This document shows, in pieces, positions 1 through 11,261 of a stretch of 64,000 nucleotides of DNA. The stretch comes from Takakia lepidozioides (Eukaryota; Plantae; Bryophyta): positions 25,420,001 to 25,484,000 of the forward strand of contig CM060731.1 of the NCBI GenBank assembly GCA_030704615.1. Direction: 5' to 3'. The notes under the pieces were generated by a model. That model was not told the DNA's origin and did no database searches. It saw only the letters and a program-made list of their open reading frames with translations. Position 1 is the first letter of the stretch, and each line of letters starts with the position of its first letter. Both the position numbers and the translations under genes were made by a program.

Positions 1-999
1 CATGTGGCGGTCATACATGGAGGAGTTGACAGCTCTGACCATTAGAGAAAGCTGAAAGCTTGTATTCAGCGGAAGGTCACTCGGGGGCTGATAACGTTGT
101 AGGAAGGTGAAGTGGTCAAAACACCTACTCGTTGGTGATGGATTGTGGGGGGATGCAGTAGCTTGCAGAGATAAGAACAACAGCTCGCTGCTCTCGAGGG
201 TCAGGCTTTCGCGTTGATGTGCAGTACTTTCCCATTTGTGAGCGTGTAGGAGCCAGATGAGCAGATAGGGATACCTATTACCTCCATTCGAATTGTCTTT
301 TATTAGCCCTACTTTCTCCCAAGGAGGGTTTGACCAACTGTCCATCCAATGGACCTCCTTGTCGCAGTTATGTCTGAAGTCTGGTGCCCTTGGACTTTTC
401 TGTGATCAAATACCAAGGACCAACCTTGATCGACCAATTTTCCTGCCCTGCTCACAAGGGAGAACAACCTACTCACGGCAATGGGGATTCACTATTGTTG
501 TTTTTTCCAAGACAAGGAGCAAACTCATTCTCAAGCCAGTACATTGGAGTACATCCAGTCCGCATCACCATCTTTAGTTTTAGGCATGCTGTTACTAACA
601 ATCTGACAAAATGACAATAAAGCATGTGAGCTTCAGTTGCAAGTCCTTCCACCACCTCTTTTGTGTTCCAAATGAAGATACCCTTACCTTGTCAGACCTG
701 TAGTCCCGCAAGTGGGAAGGATGTGAGATGAACTCCTGCCCAGGCGGTTCTATGCATATTGCTGCATAATGTCTACCCCCACAGAATGAACGGAAAGTAG
801 AGCCCTGCATTGCAGTAGGAATTAAACTATTGTGAGCACGACAACTGAAGTATTTCTTGAATCACACGGGCTACCACACCAGAGACCTCTGGCACTTCTT
901 TCCACCTTCCAATGTCTACATTAATGACAACAGATCATTACCTCTCCACCCTCACCTTTCAAGCAACACACTTTCTTTTAAGTCGCACATTTGCTTGAT

Positions 1000-3300
1000 T
1001 CACCAGTAATCTCCACAAGAGCAAACCCCATCTTGGAAGTGGTGGAAACGACTGGCATCCCGTACAATAACTGCTCGCTCAACTATCTTTGAGATGAACT
1101 TGGTGGCTGTGTGGCAGTCACCGCACATCCGAAGATTCTTGATAACACGGATTGAAGTTCGAGGGGGTGTGCTGATGAGGCCAAAAACAATGGCCAGCTT
1201 CTCACTGTGGTAGCCAAGAGAGAATTCCTTTTGCTCCTCCTCCACATCATGCAATACAAAGCGGGTGTCAGGCACATACCCGGCCTCCCTTATCTGTCCA
1301 AACAATCTCTTGAGCTCAACATGGATTTCCCCAATTTGTGGATGCAATTGGTCTTCTACAGTGAACTCATGCACGCGGTTGTTCACCTCAATGCAACTGC
1401 ATCCTGGCTCCTTTCTGACACCTCTTTCTTCCATCATTTGTCTCACTTTGGCTTTATCTTCCCACCTACCAGCTACAGCATAGATATTGGATAGCAGTAC
1501 ATATGCTGCAGGATGCTGTGGATCCCACTTGAGAATCCATTTTGCAGCAAGTTCTGCTAGCTCCACATTGCCATAAATCCTGCAGGCACCAAGCAACGCC
1601 CGCCACACCCTAGCATCAGGTTCAACTGGCATATTGTCAATAAAGTCCTCTGCCTCATCCAGTAGCCCTGCACGTCCAAGAAGATCCACCATGCAGCCAA
1701 AATGCTCCACTGTAGGGGTGAGGCCATGAGTTCTACTCATGGAGTTAAAGTAGTGACGGCCTTCATCCACCAAGCCCATATGGCTACATGCAGAGAGAAG
1801 AGACACAAAGGTGATACTATCTGGCTTCAAGCCTTGCTGTTGCATTTGCTCATATATTTGGAAAGCCTCTTCACCATGCCCATGCTGAGCATATCCTGCG
1901 ATCATGGCATTCCATGAGACCAAATCTCGCTTCGCCATTTTGTCGAACACTCGGCGCGCATCCTGTACACTCCCACATTTTGCATACATATCAACAAGTG
2001 TGGTCTTCAAATTAATACATGAGGAAATTCCAGCCTTCAGGATGTCAGCATGAACTCGCATGCCCTTTTCCAGGGCTCCTTGGCGGGCACACGCATTCAG
2101 AACACAAATGAATGTGACCCCATCAGGTGTCACCCCTTCCTGTTGCATTTGCTCATACATCTTGAAAGCCTCTTTCGCAAACCTATCCTGAGCATAGCCT
2201 GCAATCATTGCATTCCATGAGACCACATCTCTTTGAGGTATTTGGTCAAACACTTGACGAGCATCCTTTGTGCTGCCACATTTTGCATACATGTCAACAA
2301 GGGTTGTCTGCAAATTAATAGAAGGTGGAATTCTAGCATTGAGAATGTCAGCATGGACCTGCTTGCCCATTTCCAGGACTCCTATGCTGGCGCATGCGTT
2401 CAACGCGCAAATGAACGTGACCTCGTTGGGCGACATCTGTTCCCCTTGCATTTGCTTATACAGTTTGAAAGCCTCTTCACCTTGCCAATTTTGGGTATAT
2501 CCTGCCATCATAGCATTCCAAGAGACCACATTTCGTTCAGCCATACTGTCGAACAATTGGCGTGCATCTTTTAAGCCCCCGCATTTGGCATATCCTGCTA
2601 TCATGGCTGTCCAAGAGAACACTGTTCGTTTCACCATTTGGTCGAACACCTGCCGTGCATCTTTTATGCTCCCACATTTGGCATACATGTCAACAAGGGT
2701 AGTCTCCAAGGTAACATCTGACACAACTCCAGTTTTGATGATGTCAGAATGGACTCGCTGGCCCCTTTCCAGAGCTCCAAGTTTGGCACATGCATTGAGA
2801 ACACAAGTGAACGTGACCATGTCAGGCACCAACCCTTCCCCTTGCATTTGCTCATAGATTTTGAAAGCCTTTTCTGCATGCCCATGCTTGGCATATCCTG
2901 CAATCATCATGCTCCACGTAAACATATCACGATCAGGCATATTGTCAAACACCTGGCGAGCCTCCAAAACCTTCCCGCACTTGGTATACAGGTTGACAAG
3001 GGTGTTGAGTACAAAAATGTTTGGCTTAAATCCAGTCTGGACAATGTGAGTGTGCACCTGCTTTCCTGATGCTATGTCTTTAATTTTGATGCACTCCTGC
3101 AAGAGACAGATATAAGTAGTTGGGTCTGCTGAAATGGCTCCTTGGTTCAACATGTGCAGCGCCTCTTTCAGTCGTCCTGCCTTACATAGTTTCCTCACAT
3201 TCCCAGAAATGCCAGAACAGTTATACTTAACCCCCTCTCTTGGTCCTCTTACCAAAGCCTGGATCATCATGGAGATGCCTGATTCAAACAAGTGTGTCAT
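1000..3300 (-). CDS. PLS-class pentatricopeptide repeat protein with E and DYW (PG-type) cytidine deaminase domain; probable organellar C-to-U RNA editing factor
   Basis: Intronless 766-aa ORF with repeated P-L-S motifs ([43 protein letters not shown]), E1/E2 motifs, PG box [10 protein letters not shown], zinc-binding HSEKLA and CGDCH, and C-terminal CSCGDYW. Confidence 0.96.
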   Translation of the reverse strand: MTHLFESGISMMIQALVRGPREGVKYNCSGISGNVRKLCKAGRLKEALHMLNQGAISADPTTYICLLQECIKIKDIASGKQVHTHIVQTGFKPNIFVLNTLVNLYTKCGKVLEARQVFDNMPDRDMFTWSMMIAGYAKHGHAEKAFKIYEQMQGEGLVPDMVTFTCVLNACAKLGALERGQRVHSDIIKTGVVSDVTLETTLVDMYAKCGSIKDARQVFDQMVKRTVFSWTAMIAGYAKCGGLKDARQLFDSMAERNVVSWNAMMAGYTQNWQGEEAFKLYKQMQGEQMSPNEVTFICALNACASIGVLEMGKQVHADILNARIPPSINLQTTLVDMYAKCGSTKDARQVFDQIPQRDVVSWNAMIAGYAQDRFAKEAFKMYEQMQQEGVTPDGVTFICVLNACARQGALEKGMRVHADILKAGISSCINLKTTLVDMYAKCGSVQDARRVFDKMAKRDLVSWNAMIAGYAQHGHGEEAFQIYEQMQQQGLKPDSITFVSLLSACSHMGLVDEGRHYFNSMSRTHGLTPTVEHFGCMVDLLGRAGLLDEAEDFIDNMPVEPDARVWRALLGACRIYGNVELAELAAKWILKWDPQHPAAYVLLSNIYAVAGRWEDKAKVRQMMEERGVRKEPGCSCIEVNNRVHEFTVEDQLHPQIGEIHVELKRLFGQIREAGYVPDTRFVLHDVEEEQKEFSLGYHSEKLAIVFGLISTPPRTSIRVIKNLRMCGDCHTATKFISKIVERAVIVRDASRFHHFQDGVCSCGDYW

Positions 3301-5269
3301 TCACCCTACCACCCTGCATGATTACAAACACTGTATTACAAACTTCACACTCCAACTGACAACATTGACATTAAGCTGCAAAGCGTTCTACCGACGAAAT
3401 TTGAAGCAGGGGAACGTTCCACTGGATGTCTCCTGCACGGGTTCCTGAGCCTTGGAGCTGATTTCCGTCTTCCTTCCTCAGGAAATCCAACATTTTTCTA
3501 ATTCCCAAAAGCATGTAAAGTCCAAAACCTTTATATAATCACAGATTCTCTTCCTCCTCGATCTATGGTGAGTAACGGGGTCAGTAGATTCTGGTTGAAG
3601 TGTATCGCATAGAGGAGATCACACGCAGAAGAAGTGCACCTGCTTTCTTTCTAACCCCAAATGAACTGGTATTTACATTGCGCATACAGAAACACACTCT
3701 TATACTCACAGAGCCAAAAGTCTTCTTCACGAGATGGATCCCAACCGTAGACAGCTTGTTGGCCGACACAATGACCAATTCAACACTGCTTCGTTGACAG
3801 AAACAAGCAGTGCCATGAGTCAATGCGGGCAATCTCACGAGAGACTCTCATGGTGCGCGACGACAATGCCACACTTATACTCTTCCCTTCCCTCCTTCCC
3901 TCCTCTCACCCCGCCATGGCTCCCGCGACGCGCTTCTGTGCAGGTACAATGGATGTGCAGCACGATGAACAAGTCAACATCAATGGCGCAGGATCAGTTT
4001 CATCCATCCAACTGGCCCCTCTCGCAAATTATGGGAGCAAACCCGCTTGTCCGATACCGTTGACCTCGATGTCCCCATTGGATCAGTGGCATTACCGACA
4101 TGTGGGTTCAATTCATAGTTAGCTGCAAACATCTAAACTTATATACAGTCGACCCTGGATAAATGTTACCTTTTTGCTATGTCACCCTTAATGTTATGAA
4201 ATCTCTGCTCTGTAAAAATTTACACTTGAAAATGGCATGCGAGCGTTATTTGATATGTGTTATGAAAATATGGCTCTCCTCTTTGTTAGTACACCTCCAT
4301 AGTTGTTAGATCTTATGTGGAGCCTTAATATAGTTGGTTTGAGGAAAAATATTCACTCTTATCATTCATCCATGTGTATTTTCAACCCTCTAATGAAGAA
4401 ATATTCTATTCTGCTCACATGTTATGTTTTGGATTTTGATCTCTCTCTTTTTTTCCTTTTTTTTTGCATTAACCCTTAAGTTCCCAAGCCCTTTTTTGAC
4501 TTTTTACCAATTTTGGGTACCCAGCTGCAGTAAATTGGCCCTAGAAACCTACCAAAAATCATCCACAGATTCCAGCCTTATAGCAATGGGCCCAGCTCAT
4601 TTATGCATGACATACACAAAAATGAGCCAAGTCCACCGTGGAAATTGTGAGATTATAGCGTTGGCCCGGACCTCAAATATCAGGTCCCCAAGAAAAAGTG
4701 AGAAAGAAATTGGTTTGACCAAATTAAAACCTAGCTTGCTCCAATTTTGCTTGCCCCAAGACCCACCATTTCCAAATCAATAGTGGAGTGGCCATGACCC
4801 CACTAAATTGCAGGTCCAACTGATTTTTTCACCTATGGTTGCTATTCATGCAATTACATAGGGGTTGAAATCTCAAAATTGACAACAGAAAATGTGCCTC
4901 CAAATGAAGTACTTCTTTTTCTACAAATTTTTTAAAAGCCAACGGTGGATGTGTGGTGTAATGCTCACACACCACAAGGTGAAGTGTTTTTTCCAAAATT
5001 GCTAATTTTCTGCGAAAAATGACCTTTGGAGTGCAATCTATTTTGGACTTGTTTACCTGCCATGTCAGTGTAGGCCAAGGGCAAGCTAACCATGGCCAAG
5101 GACGCGGAGGTCAGGGTGGTGATCAAGGCATGGCCAACCGGCTTCAGCAGCTAGAGCAGAGGCTCGCTGCCATGGCCAGAGCTCAGGTGGTACCGGCTCC
5201 AAGGCCGGATGGTCCACCTCCTACTCCTGAGGGAGGAGACATAGGAGGCATGGGATTCATGTGCGGGGC

Positions 5270-5432
5270 AGCACTACCACTGTGGGTGGGGCACCACTAC
5301 CACTAGTGTCGAGCAGCACTACCACTAGTGAGGGGTGCCACTACCACTACCACTATGGGTGGGGCACCACTACCACTAGTGTCGGGCAGTACTACCACTA
5401 TCACTATGTTCCGGCAGGACTACCACTAGTGC
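5270..5432 (+). repeat. Short imperfect tandem array built on CACTACCACTA(GTG) inside the gag-protease linker
   Basis: About 8 copies of CACTACCACT-type units separated by short GC-rich spacers. Confidence 0.75.
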
Positions 5433-6769
5433 AAGTGGAGTCAGCTGTGGCAGTGACTCGAGGAGCAGTACGAGTTCCTGAGCCACGGGGTGCGGAGGTG
5501 GAGTTGGATTCACAGCGTAGGGAGGCAAGCCGTCAGGCCAGGCTTCCTCAGTCATTCACATTGGCGGAGACAGTGTCGACGCCGTCCATGGCACCAAGTT
5601 CTCGCCCGACTGTTACCGAGGCAGAGGTTACTATGCCATTGGGGAGAGCTACACGGGCAACACCACTACCTAGTGTTGCCAAGGCTACGGCAGCTAGTGT
5701 GCTGCTGGGGGCGGCCACATCTATGTGTCAGACTCCACTGTTCTCGGCTACCATGATTGCGACGCCGGGGGTAAGACCAGCTGAGGTGTTCAGGCTGGCA
5801 GCTACACTCTGTGAGAGTGGGGAGGTTACTTCATCTTCTGCGGAGATAGTGGGAGGTGTAGTGCCGGAGGGATCCTCGGATGTGAGGGTCAAGACTACCA
5901 CGGCGGCGCCATGGCAAGCTGCAGCTGTCAGGTTGATGGAGCTGCCAGCTAGGCCAACCATTGCGCGTGCTATGGTGACACCTGGAGTTGTCATGTTAGA
6001 CAACCAGGATGACATTTTCTGTTTGAGTTGACCGGCAGGCAAGAGATACCGGCCACTGCGGGTCTTGTTGGACTCGGGAGCTCAGCTATTGATGCTGGGC
6101 AGAGCTGCTATTGCAGGCTTGGACCTCACAGAGGCGGATATGGAGCCGTGCCCTTTCCAGATACAGACATCTCTGGGAGGATCAGAGCAGGCTTGGGACA
6201 TGACACGGCGTGAGTTGGCTATCCGACTATAGTCGGATCATCCTACAGATGGCTCAGTGATGAGAGCCAAGGCCATTGTGACGGACGCGGTCTCGTACGA
6301 TGTCCTTGTTGGTGGGGTAGTGTTGTACCCCATGGGCTTCACCCTGGATTTTTGGGAGGAGTCAGCTTCATATAGGCCTGGATGGCAGTCAGGGGAGGGC
6401 CGGCGTGTGTAGCTCCCTGTGACGTTCATAGGAGGAGTTGCGGTTGCCCAACAAGGCAAAATGCCGACACTGACAGCATTCACAGCTGCAGTGACTTGGC
6501 CTGGAGAGTTGTTGGATGACAACACTCATTCAGATGATGTGTCACCTCCGGGAGAGCAGGATGACATGTATAGTATGGCGGAGTTGTCTGCCATGGTTGC
6601 TCACACTCCATTGTGGGGCTCGAGCAAGGATTTGCAGCAGGTTGCTGATCGACGGGTGCAATAAGCCTGGGTAGAGGCTTTTGTACCGTCAAGAGAGGAG
6701 GACGGTGTGGGGATTGCACCAGGTCCACCTCAGTTGTCACCATTGGACACCACACCGATCGTGTGGCAG

Positions 6770-7745
6770 TGTCCGGATGAAGGCATTTGCCTTCTGGACT
6801 TTGTTTGACGGGATCAGCACCGGATTGGCTGCTGTGCTACAGGCAGGCATACGAGTTTGGCGTTACCTGTATGTGGAGAGGGATGAGACTGCACGACGCG
6901 TCTCCCTACGCCATGTTGCTCAATTGGTGCAGCAATACCCTGAGTTGTTGCCGATGTCTACAGTTCATGGATATCAGCAAGCCTTGCCAACAGACATCTA
7001 TTTCCTGGGGGCGCAGGATTTGGAGCGGGTTGGCTCCATTGATTTGGTAGTGGCAGGTTGGCCCTACCAAGGGCATTCATCAGCCGGGCATGACAATGGA
7101 TTGCGAGACTCGAGGTTGGGTCTGTTTTGGGAGATAGTGCGGGTTTTGCGCCACTTACAGCTTCATCAGGCTGTATGTCCAGCATACATCTTGGAGAATG
7201 TGCCACTGATGGGCGATTCTCGGGCTAGGGTGATGGCCAGTGTGCATCAAGTCCGGTCGTGGCTTGGGTCAGCAGTGTTGCTGGATGCAGCTGCAGTGGG
7301 GTCACGGGCTCATCGTCCACGGTTATGGTGAAATACCTTGATGACACCCGCACTGCTCAAGCGTGCATTTGGTGGGATGCAGCAACCAGCACACCTCACA
7401 GTTGATAGCATTTTGGACACGGGGAGGCAATCTCAGGGTGTGAGACACGATGACCGTCCGCCTTTGGCAGTGGTCAACAAGGTGGGTCGACCACGAGCAG
7501 CACTACCTACACTGCTCAGCTTCTCATGATCACATGCTTTCCGGGATAGTGGACCTGGCCTCCTGTGGGATGCTCAGTTGCAGCAGTTAGTGGAACCTAA
7601 TGCCGACGAGCGAGAGTGGACTATGGGTTTTTCCACTCGGACCACGGCGGTGCCTTCTCTTTCTGAGGCATCACGTCGTCAGGTGTTGGGGCAAGCGATG
7701 GATCTAAATTGCTTAACCTGGATTATCAGCTTGGCTATGGCTGAG
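6770..7745 (+). pseudogene. DNMT3-like cytosine-5 DNA methyltransferase domain embedded in the gypsy Pol polyprotein
   Basis: Motif I LFDGISTG (6801-6824), motif II RYLYVE, motif IV IDLVVAGWPYQ (catalytic PC reads PY, codon TAC 7065-7067), motif VI ILENV (7194-7202), motif VIII LLDAAAVGSRAHRPRLW, TRD PTL, motifs IX/X EREWTMGF...RRQVLGQAM. Same order as DNMT3 LFDGIATG / FDLVIGGSPC / FENV / IDAKEVSAAHRARYFW / EMERVFGF...RQRLLGRSW. Confidence 0.9.
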
Positions 7746-9550
7746 CAACGTAAAGTGTGGAGTGTACTTCCCTTGATGGTCTTTCTACCTACCGAGACGG
7801 TACAGGCAGTGAGTGGGGGCAAGCCAGTGAGGACCACGGGGTGTAGACATCCATGGCACACGTGGGAGGTGCTCGAGGTTCAGAGGGAGTTGGCAGCCAA
7901 GGCGGCTGTGATGGATGAGGTTGGGGATTCTTCTCGGGTTAATGATGAGATGATGGGGCAGGATGAGGCCTTGTCATTGACTGAGCAGGCAGGGAGTACT
8001 GCTCAAGAGATTGCGGCATAGCAACCACGAGACGCGTTCTCTACCTCTAAGTCTGCTGGACTTAAGGTTGCAGCTACAGAAGACAATTGGGAGCCTGACA
8101 TTGGACCCATTGTCACTGGAGAAGAGAGACGACGTATACGGCAGTTCCTGAGGGCTTACAGGATTTGCTTTGCCTTCAGTTTGAAGGATTTGGGAGCACT
8201 GAAGGGTCAGGAGATTCGTATTGAGTTGGCTACACACACGCCAATCTTTCGGAGACCCTATAGATACAGTGACATGGAGAGGTCTTTGATTCAGATGAGG
8301 ACTCAAGATCTCTGGGAGGCTGGTTTGGTGGAGCTCTCTGGTGCAGAGTATGCTTCAGCCACGGTGATGTCAGCCAAGAATGATGTCTATAGCAATTGGA
8401 CAGAGAGACGTATGTGCGGTGATTACCGGCGTGTAAATCGTCAGACCAAGTCCGATAAGTATGCCATGCCTACACCTGAGGAGATCTTTGATGCCCATGC
8501 CAAGGTCTTTAGCACTTTGGACTTGCAGTCCGGATATCACCAGTTGCCAATCAAGGAGGCGGACAAGCAGAAGACGACATTATGGGGGATCAATGAGCAC
8601 GGGAAGGATTGTCTATATCAGTGGCGGTTTTTACCATTCGGGCTTAAGAACGCTCCTGCAGAGTTCCAAAGAGTTATGGACAGGATTCTAGCAGGGGTAG
8701 ACTTTGCTCGGTGCTACATAGATGACATCATCATCTTTAGTGCTACGGTGGAGGAGCACAAGAGACACCTTCAGATGGTGTTTGAGCGCTTGAGAGCGCA
8801 CGGATTGAAATTACATCCGGGGAAGTGCAAGTTCTTCCACAACCAGATTGAGTATCTGGGCCACATGATATATCCTGGAGGATTGGGGGTGCAGCAGACT
8901 AAGGTAGAGGCCATCGCACAGATTCCGCGTCCCACGGATGTAAGCCAAGTTCGAGCTTTCATGGGGTTGGCAAACTACTATAGACGATTTGTCAAGGGAT
9001 TTAGTGCTCTAACCAAGCTGATCAAGGTAGACTAGGAGTGGCAGTGGGAAGATGAGCAAGAGCGAGCCGCTTCAGGAGCTCAAGGCGAGGTTGACATCGG
9101 CGCCGATCTTGAGATGACCTATCAGGGGGCGTCCCTTTCATGTGCATACAGATTAGAGCATGCTGGGGCTTGGAGCGGTGCTCACATAGGTGGATGATGA
9201 GGGAAGAGAGTTCATAGTGGCTTATGCTAGCCGCTCAAATAACGCTGCAGAGTCTAAGTATATCTCATATGAGGGGGAGTGCTTAGCTGCAGTGTGGGTC
9301 GTGGCACACTTCATGTGCTATCTATACGGCAATCTCTTCACCCTTGTCACGGATCACCAGCCACTCAAGTGGTTGATGGAGTCAGACAAGCTTACAGGGA
9401 AGCTTGCACGGTGGGCACTTATACTCCAAGAGTATGACTTTCAGGTTGTGCATCAACCGGGTTTGGTCAATAGGGATGCGGACGAGCCAGCAGGATGACA
9501 CTGGAGCTCGGTGGCATGGTGAGACGGACGAGGAGATGGTGTCGGGATGG

Positions 9551-10111
9551 TGTCACGGACATAGCCCAGAGGAACTTACTATGAGTAAATACCAGAAGTT
9601 ACCAAGTTACCATGTTACCAAAAATTACCATGACTTACCGTGATTTACAATGATCTACCATGATTTACCATTATTTACCAAGTTACCGGGAGTTTATCAA
9701 ATTACCAAGAGTAACTTGGAAAACTACTCAGGAAGCTTCGTTTGGAGGAAACTTCTCCATCAAGATACCTCATTTGTTTAAGGAAACTTCTAACCTTTGT
9801 TTAATCTTGAAAACTTCTCCAACAAGCAACCTCCATAGGGGAAGCTTCTTAGTAGCCAGTATATATAGGAGGCGAGACTGGACACTCTTCAGTCTCGCCA
9901 ACACCAGTTCAAGTTACTCTTGTTTCCAGTATCTGGTACTCCAGTTCAAGTCGTGTTCCAATATCTTGTACTCTTGTTCATTGTTATAAATATCGTCTTG
10001 ATTCTTATTTACTCATCGTGCATTCGGCCACGCCGACCTTGACTTCTTGTCTAGCCTTGTACCTCTAGTCTTATCTCTTGTTTGTGTTCAGTCATGTTCT
10101 CGTCCTTGACA
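9551..10111 (+). mobile_element. 5' LTR (561 bp) of a nested Tf1/sushi/Tcn1-type gypsy element
   Basis: Starts TGTCACGGAC and ends GTCCTTGACA (9/10 terminal inverted repeat, TG...CA). TATATATA at 9860-9867, internal TTACCA-type repeats, immediately followed by a PBS and gag. Confidence 0.88.
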
Positions 10112-10113
10112 GT

Positions 10114-10128
10114 TTGGCGAGACTGAAG
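10114..10128 (+). promoter_or_regulatory. Self-priming primer-binding site
   Basis: TTGGCGAGACTGAAG begins 3 nt after the LTR end and is the exact 15-nt reverse complement of CTTCAGTCTCGCCAA at 9887-9901 within the LTR, about 27 nt after the TATA box start. Confidence 0.82.
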
Positions 10129-10149
10129 TTTGTTCTTTATATAGTTAAG

Positions 10150-11254
10150 ATGGAAGACACATTTGCGGAAATGGTCACCACATTGCAGAGTCTTCAGCTC
10201 CAGATGCAAGAACTTCGTACATATACCGCCCAATTGCAAGCTGATCAGTCTCAAGATCTTGGCAACGCTCTCCACAATTTGCAACAACAAATTTCAGAGT
10301 TAAAGGAGTCGAACAATGGATCTTCAACCATATGAGTCCCTACTGCAACAGCTCTTACTGCAACGGTTCCTCTTCAACAGATTACGAGAGAACCAAAGAT
10401 CAGCATGCCCGAGAAATTTGATGGGACGAGATCAAGATTTCGCGGTTTTGTTCAACAAGTACAACTGTTCCTACGACTACATCCACAACGCTACCTCGAT
10501 GAAGGTATTCAAGTGGGATTCGTGGGCACCCTTCTATCAGGCACTGCCCTATCTTGGTTTGCACCGCTATTAGAAAAAATTCGCATTTACTATATAATTT
10601 TGAAGCATTCATGTCCGAGTTCACTGCAACGTTTCGAGAGAATGATAGAGAGAGAGTTGCAGAAACAAAGATGCAAAATCTTCAAGGAGTACGTCCTGCT
10701 TCCGTTTATACTGCCGAATTTCGACAACTTGCGTGCGACCTCGACTGGAATGAGAAGAGCCTCATTAGTCAGTTTCGATGTGGACTAAAAGATGATGTAA
10801 AAGATTTGTTGCTGACAATGCCAAACGTGAGCACACTGAGTGAATTCATCACCCAAGTCATAGCATGCGATAATCGTTTGTTCGAAAGACGTAAAGAGAA
10901 GCGATCTGGATGGTCGACAACGCATCATGTCACTGCTACTACGACACCAAATACAACGATCCATCAGACATCCAGTAGTGATCATATGCAGATTGATGTT
11001 GTCCGATTCAAACCATTGACGCCACAAGAAAAACAAAGACGGCGCTCAAATGGATTATGCCTCTATTGCGGAGAAGAAGATCACATAGCAGTAAACTGCC
11101 CCAACAAGAGAAGATTCATAGCTCGGGGCACAACTCAAGTGTTCGATACAAGGAGGTCGGAAAACAACGATGTCTAGTCAGAGTAGGGACCATGCGGCTG
11201 GACACCACAAATTCCTTACCGAAAAAAAGTTTCTTTCTACCTTTGATTGAGTAG
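10150..11254 (+). pseudogene. Gag (PEG10/sushi/Tcn1-like capsid plus CCHC knuckle) and truncated start of pol
   Basis: N-terminal coiled coil, PKISMPEKFDG..FRGF, LLSGTALSWF, YTAEFRQLA..LDWNE, FRCGLKDDVKD, and CLYCGEEDHIAVNC. One stop (10333-10335) and one frameshift (~10578). G GAA AAC just before the gag stop. The -1 frame stays open only to 11254. Confidence 0.88.
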
Positions 11255-11261
11255 ACCAACT

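Larger units (their letters stand above)
5070..9550 (+). mobile_element. Degenerate Ty3/gypsy LTR retrotransposon internal region: gag tail/linker, aspartic protease, DNMT3-like C5 DNA methyltransferase, RT, RNase H (integrase and LTRs not seen)
   Basis: Protease LLDSGA (~6065-6082) and YDVLVG read through stops in the 5261 frame. MTase motifs at 6801-7745. RT RMCGDYR, LPFGLKNAPAEFQR, YIDD at 8181-9035. RNase H VAYASR, EGECLA, TDHQPL at ~9130-9498. Several in-frame stops and 1-nt frameshifts. Confidence 0.93.

Noticed and set aside
1000-1420. Possible U-to-C (DYW:KP) editing domain
   Set aside because: It has a canonical PG box, HSEKLA and DYW end, so it is the C-to-U type.
1083-3069. Many plus-strand ORFs over the first PPR gene (likewise 47283-48960 over the second)
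   Set aside because: Antisense shadows of repetitive PPR coding sequence with no independent motifs.
4130-5069. DNA-transposon-like AT-rich segment ending ...CATGTCAGTG that truncates the gypsy 5' end
   Set aside because: Only one candidate terminus; no matching TIR or TSD found by eye.
5270-5432. CRISPR-like repeat-spacer appearance
   Set aside because: Units and spacers are too short and irregular, they lie inside a retrotransposon ORF, and there are no cas genes in this eukaryotic context.
6770-7745. Host DNMT3/DRM gene or bacterial contaminant methylase
   Set aside because: No introns or regulatory domains, in frame with gypsy RT, flanked by a protease, and contiguous with plant genes.
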